From Macrostomum lignano (taxonomy: Eukaryota): a stretch of DNA of 64,000 nucleotides. Numbering within the stretch: position 1 is the first letter of the stretch; the number at the start of each line of letters is the position of its first letter. The stretch lies in contig NIVC01000326.1 of the NCBI GenBank assembly GCA_002269645.1, positions 434,001 through 498,000 on the forward strand, in the 5' to 3' direction. Below the pieces are notes generated by a model. That model saw only the letters and a program-made list of their open reading frames with translations, was not told the origin of the DNA and searched no databases. Below are positions 55,778-64,000 of the stretch, one piece after another. A program made the translations under genes and the position numbers.

Positions 55778-57494
55778 TTTGGGTTTGATTTTTGCCCAAT
55801 GCTTTTTATGTCGAGGTATAAAACTAGAGAATTTTCTGCCATGTTAAGTTCATTGGGGCTAATAGACTTAAAAAGGGCACTGGGATTCAAAATGGCACTG
55901 AGATTATTATGGCACTGGGATTCAAAATGGTATTGCGAATTTTATTAGCTCAAAAAGTACAAAATTCTTGAGACAGCTCAGAAAGTTACCTTTAAATAAA
56001 TAAAAACCTCTAATTCCCATTCGCACAGGACGGTGACATACCTTGCCGTTGGCATGGCTATCTGTTTTGGTGACGGCAATGCCAACCGGCAAGGCGTGGT
56101 CTCGACCTGCCTCATCTCTGACGCCCAGCACCCAACGAGCCGCTGAAGGTGCAAAGTCTCAAATCCAACGCCAAGCACGGGTCGGCTTGGGCCAGCGTCA
56201 CACCTTGTGACGACCTGCTTATGCAGCAGCGCTGGCCCAGCCGTTTGCCGAGCGCCCGAAGGACGACGACCTGGCTCTCGCGTTTCCAAACGTATTCTCC
56301 CACTGCTTAAGAGCGTTACCGTTTCAAAGTTTCGGCAATGGCTGGAAGTCATGGGCGGGCCTTTCGAACTGCTATGCGGAGGAACAGCGGCTCATGGCTG
56401 ACCACCAGAATCACACCGAAGGTGTGCAGAGCCAATTCTACCAGGTGGTAAATAAAATCGCTAAATTTGCTAAATAATTGTCACAGAAGACTTCTGAAAT
56501 GACAAAAATCACCTTCTGAAAAACGTAAAATTGGATTCCCTAACAACTAATTTAAACTTAGTTTCTTCTTTAGAAAGCAGTTTAACCTTTTGTGACTTAA
56601 TAAAAAGTCCTGAATAAAAACTAAATTCGATGAACTGAATAGCTTGCTTTCTTTTGAGCCCTTGAATCAATGTAGGAACATATTTTATACCATTACGAAT
56701 ATTTTATCCTATTCTTTTGCATTCATTTTACTGACCTGACCCCATCAAACCTGCGGCATCGATAGCGACAGCGAGTACAGCGTGATTGCTAACATTTGAG
56801 GGAAATTAGAATTTGCGATTAACCTTAACCTGTACAATTAAAAAGCGCTATACTCGCGAAAAACGCGCGAAAGATAAATGACTTCGCTTAAAAAAACCTG
56901 CTACTTTCCATCTTTCCTCCATTAGACTTCGACCTTTACCGCATGCTGCATAGCATAGAAAATTCACCATCTGCTGACAGGGACTCAGTGTGAACGTGAA
57001 GTGCTGGGTCTGCAGCATGATACGCTCGAGCCGGGGCGGACCGAATCGGGGATTACCGGCTGAGTCCGGGTTCCTCTTGCTCCTTGTGCCCCTCTCCGAC
57101 CCCTTGGCCTGGCCCCTTTCCGTAGACTAGGATAATTCCTCTCTCGGACCTAATACGTACTCCAATATTGTTTAGAGCTGGGTAGTGAAAAAGCCTTGAG
57201 GCTTGCAGCCCTATAGGAGGTTTTGTGTCTGGGCCTACCTGATAGGAGTCTCGCCCTTGGTAAATAATCTTTAACAATTTTTGGGAATTTTATTTTACTT
57301 ATTTCGATTGGATGTGTGAAAAGATAAATTAACATTTCTACTTGCAGTAGCCTAGAAAGAATTTTTACTGCGTCATAGTTGCGCGTATCTGTCTTGGATA
57401 TATTTTATGAGGTGTCATAATTGCAATTTCCTTCCTCGATTATCTCCTTCAATTGGAGCGTCATTTCTCTGGTTAGCGTCACTCCGGCACGTGG

Positions 57495-57735
57495 GCCATC
57501 CAGCCCTCGGGTCCTTTGAAACTTCACAATAGCAATCCGACACCCTCATGGTTTGTGTCTCTTCTCAGTACTCTCCTCTCTCCCCTCTTCTCTCTTTTCT
57601 CTCCTCTCGACTCTCCTCTTCTTCTCTCTACTCTAATCTCTCTCCTCTCCTCTCTTTTTCTCCTCTCATCTCTCATCTCTCATCTCTCATTTCTTCTCCT
57701 CTTATCCCATCTCTCTTTTCCCAACTCCCTCCTCT
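57495..57735. repeat. Dispersed repeat related to the internal part of the hAT-like MITE (36555-36725), with a CT-rich tract
   Basis: CCTCG.GGTCCTTTGAAACT...CACAAT.GCAATCCG is shared, followed by CT-rich sequence. Confidence 0.65.
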
Positions 57736-58147
57736 CATTTTCATATTTTTAACAATTAATTTAAAAATTAAAACAAAGATTCAAAAACAAAAAATGGGAC
57801 AGGTAAATTGAGGAACTTTGAGGTCTCAACTCGAAACGAGATTCGGAATAATCAGAGCAGCAGCAATTCAAATAAAAAATATTTCAGAATAAGTAAAGCA
57901 TGAAAATGAAACTGAATAAACAGCTGCTTCTACTGCTAGAGTGCGCGCCAAAGCCACACACAGAGAGTTCTGTGCCATAAGAATCCTTCTGCTACCAGGG
58001 TAAATTTCTACTAAAAGTTGTTGCTTTCAATTTTTAAACGCGCCCCAAACCTCTGCATTGCATGCGCATGGCGAGTTGGTCTCATAAAACTACAGTGCAG
58101 CTGTGGTCACTGTCAGGTCAGCATGAGTTTTAACAAAACTGCACCGC

Positions 58148-58906
58148 TCACTGCATCGCCTTCGTGTGCACGTGCAGGTAGGCGGCCTCCCCGACGGTTG
58201 CGGCGTCCAGCCAGTCCTTCGGCAGCTGCAGCTCGCAGCAGCGCCGCCTCTCATCGCCGTCCGACTCGCTCGGCCGGTCGACATCGGGTCGAAAATTCAC
58301 GACGCCGAAGGCGCGCCCGTAAGGTCGGAATTTGCCACCGACAAACTCGGCCGACACTTGCCGGACAATCGGCCACGTCAGCAGGTCGTTGAGCTGTCCG
58401 GGAACAGTCAGCACTGCAGCTGCGGCCGCGCCGTGCTCGATCTTCAGCTTCAGGATGAAGCTGTACGGGTTGCCAGCCTCAATTGGGCTGTAAAAGTGGT
58501 TCGACAGCAGCGCGACTGTCTGTTGGTAGCTCAGCTGCCGCCACTGATCGGGCTGGAAGATTTTCAGGCAGGTGTCTCCAGTGTCGCAGGGGGCATTCAG
58601 CACTTTCTGGAGCGTGTGGTGCGCCGTCTCCGCGGTCTTCTGGTGCTCGGATTGGAGCGCGGGATTTTTGGTGGCCATCAGAGCGGCCCGCAGATGCAGG
58701 TCTACTTTTTCCTTCAGCTGCTTCTTCGACTGGTTATGAGCCATGGTGTTGCTGAATTGCTGGTTGCTGATTTCTGAGGACCTGGGAATGGTCTCGGGCT
58801 TGTATAGCCAGCCAGATGCAGGCAGAGGTGCATCCGCGGTTAGCCCACGAAAACAGAAGTTGGGCGCCAGCAACTGGCGGCAATGTACGCGCTGCGGCAC
58901 CTTCAT
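58148..58906 (-). CDS. Diverged TRAF-C/MATH-like protein, paralog 1 (alternative start ATG 58744)
   Basis: LLSNHFY..YSFILKL..AVL..G..NDLLTWP..V..EF..FRPD..RP..AYLHV follows the TRAF-C motif order (S.PFY, G.YD.LL.WPF, F.PD, FIK); short helical N-terminus. Confidence 0.72.
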   Translation of the reverse strand: MKVPQRVHCRQLLAPNFCFRGLTADAPLPASGWLYKPETIPRSSEISNQQFSNTMAHNQSKKQLKEKVDLHLRAALMATKNPALQSEHQKTAETAHHTLQKVLNAPCDTGDTCLKIFQPDQWRQLSYQQTVALLSNHFYSPIEAGNPYSFILKLKIEHGAAAAAVLTVPGQLNDLLTWPIVRQVSAEFVGGKFRPYGRAFGVVNFRPDVDRPSESDGDERRRCCELQLPKDWLDAATVGEAAYLHVHTKAMQ

Positions 58907-59516
58907 GGGATTCCCAGTTCTAGAGATAATAATAGACCTGCTAGGATTGTCACAGTTTGGTACCCGGTTGAAGGTACTTTATTAATAATGCGCTAAAAAT
59001 AGACGCAGACTATATTCACTCCGTTTTCATGGAAAATCTCTAGACCAGTTAGTAACCGAAATTATTTGTAATAAAAAAATCTGTTAAAATACGAGCGTAC
59101 TATCCAGTTAACATTACTGAAGCAAATTTACCTTGAAAATGGGGCTGTATATTGATTTATTTATAGAGCACAAACTTAAAAGAAGAAAAGAAGAAAAGGC
59201 ACTCTTTGGTAAAATTTCAGTTCTTTTTAACCTAACACCGGACATGGCTGTCTGCTGACAGTAGATACCAGGATAAACAAACTGGCATTTAAAGCCATAA
59301 TGAAACGTTTACAAGAAAGTAGAAAAAATGTCACCATATCTACTCGTACATTGAAAGCAAAAGTATTAAGAAAAGAGGTGATTAGAATTTTGGATAGAGA
59401 GCAATCAAATATTCTTGGCCGAGCTCAGAAACAGCTGCTCTGCACAACTTCAAACCTATTGAGAACACATTCGTCACACATAAAACCAAAGCTGTTTAAA
59501 GCATCTCACACCTTAG

Positions 59517-60125
59517 TTAGAGGGATGCAGTCAGGTGGGCAGTCAGGTAGGCCGCATTGTTAACTGTGGCCTCCCTCAGCCAGTTCTCAGGCAGCTGCAT
59601 CTGGCAGCAGACTGGCTCCTCTTCATCGGCAGCTGCTCCGGTAGTCGAATTCGGACGGTGGACATTGCGGAGAAACGGCGCTCTACCGAAACTGCGGCTC
59701 TCCGTGCCGAAAAACTCGGCCACAACTGGCCAGGCCATCGGCCACGTCAGCAGGTCATCGAACTCACCGACAGCAGCCAGCACGGCAGCCGTGGCCGAGC
59801 CATTCTCGAGCTGCAGCCTCAGTTGAAACGTGTACCGATAGCGGGGGTCAGTGGGGCTGTCAAAATAGAAATGGTTGGAGAGCAGCCGGATGCGATGCCT
59901 TGAGCTCAGCCTGGCCCAACGCTCAGGCTCAACGATTTTGAGCACAGTCCTCCCAGCGTCGGAAGGTTCGCAGAGCAAAAGCTGGAGACGGTTGCTCTCA
60001 CGTATTGCCTCTTGCAGCATGGCATCGTCCGTTGCAGTCTCCTGAGCAGTCAGGGCTAGCAAAATCGACTGCTTGCACAGATCGATGGCTGCCACTTCCT
60101 GCTGAGCATCCAGTCCTTGCGACAT
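59517..60125 (-). CDS. Diverged TRAF-C/MATH-like protein, paralog 2 (202 aa)
   Basis: Clear paralog of 58148..58906 (LKI.EP..W, LLSNHFY, AAVL, GEFDDLLTWP, CC.MQLP.NWL.EATV..AAYL); ATG at 60125. Confidence 0.75.
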   Translation of the reverse strand: MSQGLDAQQEVAAIDLCKQSILLALTAQETATDDAMLQEAIRESNRLQLLLCEPSDAGRTVLKIVEPERWARLSSRHRIRLLSNHFYFDSPTDPRYRYTFQLRLQLENGSATAAVLAAVGEFDDLLTWPMAWPVVAEFFGTESRSFGRAPFLRNVHRPNSTTGAAADEEEPVCCQMQLPENWLREATVNNAAYLTAHLTASL

Positions 60126-60401
60126 TGATGCTGGTAAACCAGTAAAGAGCTTCAATATGTCTCAGTTTTAGTAGCTAAGGGAGAAATTTTCGGCAAGGTA
60201 AAAGTTCCCTTTGTTTTGTAGTCAAGACAATGGCGGTGCCATGGGCAAAACCTCGATTGTAAAAAAGCCATGGAATTCCCTCGCCAATGCAGCAAGTGTA
60301 CTCCAGCTCTAGTATAGCGTAGCCGTTCACAGCTAAACTGCCTGGGGCAGAGAGCAAGTGGGGATAAAAATAGAACAGCTGTGCAGAAATGACGACAAAA
60401 C

Positions 60402-62221
60402 TGTAAGCACTGGAATTGTGCTTACATCGAAGCGAAAAAACAACGGCCTCCTCTCGTCTCAACCGGTTCTATCCAGCCAGACCAGCTCTACACTAAAGGG
60501 CAGATAACAAAGCTGAGGTTCGAAGGCCAAGCCAGCAGCCTGCGAACGCGTGACACAGTAGACTCGCAGCAATGCTTGGGGGGGGGTGATATGGTTGCCT
60601 AACAACGGGACAGAGAAAAATGCTCGAGCGATAACCCTGCCCCGCTCAAACTATGCATTGCTCTTCATTTTGTCAACTAAACCAGTTGGCTTGCTTGACT
60701 ATAAAATACACTGTCTTGAATAATTTGCAGCACAGAGAGAGATTCAGAGATGTGAGCCTCACACTCATAACAGGGCCCTCAGAGGCCAGTGTGTTCGAAA
60801 GTCTTTCTGACTTGTGAGCAGAAGATAACAGGAATAAAAACTGTTATATCTGGTTCCCTGAGAGTGAGTCACCCAGTTCCGCCAACTTTGACTAGGGGTG
60901 ATTGCAACAAGCCTTCTCCATCGCTAGACAACATCATCCTGCCACAGGTCAGAAAGAACGTGCTCGATCAAGGTCAGTGTAAAATCAACGAGTCATCTCA
61001 TCAAGCAAGCAAGAAGACCAAGTTGCAACGTGTTTCAACATCATCAGAAATCGGAGGCCCAACGCAATTAATTCGTCCTCAACTAACCGAGATTCTCCAG
61101 AGAGCCAAGAGACAATTATCGACGTGGTATGCTTGACGACATTAAGACGCGACTGTGACGCATCAAGCCGTTACAAATGTGCAGCCGCCGCTCTACTCGA
61201 TGCGTTAAATGGCAATCCAAGAGATATCGGTACAAAAACCTATTTATCTTTTATGCGCGTAGTGTTTAAGTCGGTCAAGGCACAACTTTGGATCGAACAA
61301 AACATTTGGCAGTCATTTCTTCGAATTTTTGGCCTACGACTTGGCGTACAAAACGGATCAATTGAACAAGTGAGAATTTAAACTCAATTAGTAACACTGC
61401 CCGATGCGACACTGGACGTGCAACCAGGCAAGCCTGATGGAGTTCTGCAGTAACAGTATTTCAAGATATCCGCGAATTGAAAATTGAGTAACTACTGACG
61501 ACTACTTCGGGGTAAAAGAGCCCCATGAAAAACACAAACTCAAACTGTACTGCAAACAGAAGGGACTTGCTGGTTTGTATAACTTCTGACAAACGAACCC
61601 CGCCCAAACCGACTCAACTACGACGCACAACCACTCAGCCGACCAAGTAGCTCAGCCAGAACAACTAGTGACGAATTCAAGTATGAAACTGCTTATTACA
61701 AGGACGAAGTCACATCGAGAAGCAACACTTTCGTGTCAGACTGACACGAGTGTCAGTCTCCAAAAAGGGGAAGATATGTAAGCACTGGAATTGTGCTTAC
61801 ATCGAAGCGAAAAAACAACGGCCTCCTCTCGTCTCAACCGGTTCTATCCAGCCAGACCAGCTCTACACTAAAGGGCAGATAACAAAGCTGAGGTTCGAAG
61901 GCCAAGCCAGCAGCCTGCGAACGCGTGACACAGTAGACTCGCAGCAATGCTTGGGGGGGGGTGATATGGTTGCCTAACAACGGGACAGAGAAAAATGCTC
62001 GAGCGATAACCCTGCCCCGCTCAAACTATGCATTGCTCTTCATTTTGTCAACTAAACCAGTTGGCTTGCTTGACTATAAAATACACTGTCTTGAATAATT
62101 TGCGGCAGAGAGAGATTCAGAGATGTGAGCCTCACACTCATAACAGGGCCCTCAGAGGCCAGTGTGTTCGAAAGTCTTTCTGACTTGTGAGCAGAAGATA
62201 ACAGGAATAAAAACTGTTATA
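60402..62221 (+). mobile_element. Non-autonomous LTR element (TRIM/LARD-like, 1820 bp)
   Basis: Direct repeats 60402-60848 and 61777-62221 (~99% identical); 5-bp TSD AAAAC at 60397-60401 and 62222-62226; PBS TGGTTCCCTGA at 60851; PPT AAAAAGGGGAAGA before the 3' LTR; no recognisable coding domain inside. Confidence 0.9.
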
Positions 62222-62386
62222 AAAACTTCCTAGTACAGTACCTGATATTTAACTGCAGGGGTTTACGGGGGATTCCCGCGAGTCTCGCCATAACGCCTCC
62301 GCTTTCTCTATAAGAATTAGCATGCAGCAAAGCATTACAGAAAGGCGAAACTTTAGTCCCAGCTTTCCAAAGGATCTCAGCGAGCG

Positions 62387-63294
62387 ATGGAGCACACGCA
62401 AGAAGCTGCAGGCACTGCTCCGATGACCCTGGCTAATCAAGTCAACGCCGTGAAAGAGCAAATTGAGAAGCTGCTGAGCAGTGTGATGGACTACCGATCG
62501 CAAGAGGGTGTCTGGCCTGGAGACCTCCAGCCCGAACGCTTCGACGCCTGCTGCCGCCTGCTCGAACTTCTGGCCTCGCCGAGCTGCATTGAAGGGCGAT
62601 TCGTGAGGAAAATCAACTACCCCCACCTGAGACTGCGCCTGCAGAGTGGAGCCAATGCCCGGCAGAGCTCGCTGGCTTCGCCGGACTTCAGGTGGCCGGA
62701 CACTGGGTCTCGACTTCGTCTGCAGCTGCGAGTGGCACCGGCGACAGAGGCTGGTGGTGAAGATGAAGCTGCCTTGGAAGTTGAGCTGCTTCTGTTGCAG
62801 GTAAGCCGAGCCGATTAACCCAACTCGCGAGCAGGGGCAAAAGTTACGAGTTCTTGTACATGCAGACAGCGTCCTGCTGTAGTTTCATCTTAAGTCCCTT
62901 TAAAATAAAATAATGCGATTGCATGTGAGATGCTTGTACAATCTCTGGAACCACAAGCAAACCACAGTGTACCATGGTGCAGCCATGAAGCATTCATTCA
63001 CCGATCACACAGAGCACCGTCCAGCAGAGGCCCCTAAGAGCCCGCCTGCAAGCCCGCCTGATTGATCTGCGAGATCCATCCTGTGGAGGCCTGACCGGCC
63101 AATCGGAGACGTTCAGCATCGATCAAACCTTGTCGGAGCTCGGCGACCACCATCAGCGAGCCTGCTGTGTCTTGCGCGACTGGCCAGCGAAACTGGGGCA
63201 TCTTCGCAACCGGCTGGATGCAGAGGGCGGCTGGCAGTTTGTGAAGAGCAGCTGCGCCTACCTAGAAGCGATTGTCACCGAGGTCCAGCAGTAA
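62387..63294 (+). CDS. TRAF-C/MATH-like protein 3, two exons (62387-62800, 63013-63294), 231 aa
   Basis: CAG|GTAAGC donor, CACAG acceptor, phase 0. EGRFVRKIN..SLASPDF..GSRLRLQL, RPLRARLQARLIDL and FVKSSCAYLEAIV match TRAF G..IWKI, S.PF, WPF.QKVT..LLDQ and YVKDD.IFIK.IV. A further upstream exon is possible. Confidence 0.75.
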
Positions 63295-64000
63295 CTATTT
63301 TCGATCTAAAGCCGTTTACCTACAGTAATTACTACTGGCTCTGGGTTCTTGGAGTGGCTTTTGGTGTGCCTTATTACTAAACATCGTTTTCTTATTCCGA
63401 GTGATTACCGCTGCAACTTGTGCGGAGTCAGTTGCTAAACTGCTTTAAATAACATCTCTATTGAGTCTCTTACACCAGCCGACTCAAATATGAATTTTTG
63501 AGCTCACGTTCATGTTGAGGCGAAATCTTATGATTTTGATGAGACGAGACAGAGGTCCGCACAGTTAAATAAACGCTTTAAATGAATATTTTATTTTAAC
63601 TTTTATAACTTGTAGATTTGTTTTAGGGTAAGAAAAGGCTTGGCCACTGCGCGGCCTTGAGCGCCAATATATATTTAGAAATCGATATTTGCGTGGGGTG
63701 GAGTTGCGCCTGATAAACAAGAAGCGTGCAAGCTGATTGGCTGCAGAGCGCCGGGGGCAGGCATTGTACACTTGAGGGTCAGAGAGTTAAACGGTGTACG
63801 GCCAACATCCTTCCCCAAGCGGATAAAAGTTAGGAGATAAGAGCAAATGGGAAGCTAAGTAAACATTTCGAAGTGGGAATCAGAGTGGAATGGATGTGAG
63901 TGAATAGTATGAAAATATACGGATGTGAGAGCGAATATTCATTAGGGCATAAACACAAATATGAGCATGGATGATAGTTGAAGCATTAGTTACGATCAAA

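Noticed and set aside
55978-56445. Coding-looking GC-rich segment with an acceptor at 56030
   Set aside because: Every frame has stops or needs frameshifts, and no family motif could be assigned.

Overview
Eukaryotic (metazoan) genomic DNA with GC-rich exons and very many tandem repeats. The style resembles the flatworm Macrostomum (inference only). Host genes: the 5' part of a MyoR/TCF21-type bHLH gene running off the left edge (minus strand, absent from the ORF track); a single-exon tandem-CCCH zinc-finger gene; a nine-exon, highly diverged DOCK-A/B family GEF gene (minus, 27647..8933, about 1640 aa, reconstructed by hand from splice sites) with no SH3 domain and with a tandem repeat in every intron; a secreted C-type-lectin/PAN protein; and three diverged TRAF/MATH-like genes. 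Mobile DNA: a full-length LOA-clade-like LINE (APE-RT-RNaseH) inside DOCK intron 6 plus fragments of a related subfamily; a tRNA-derived SINE with a 13-bp TSD and three relatives; a decayed tyrosine-recombinase remnant next to a SAP motif; a hAT-like MITE with a sevenfold amplified end; a 17.4-kb head-to-tail array of three non-autonomous Helitrons carrying a 23-bp satellite with higher-order repeats; a gag-protease-only Gypsy element; and a non-autonomous LTR element with TG...TA ends and a tRNA-Glu primer site. Family assignments come from motif recognition and remembered reference sequences, not from database searches. No CRISPR array, rRNA or intact tRNA was found.
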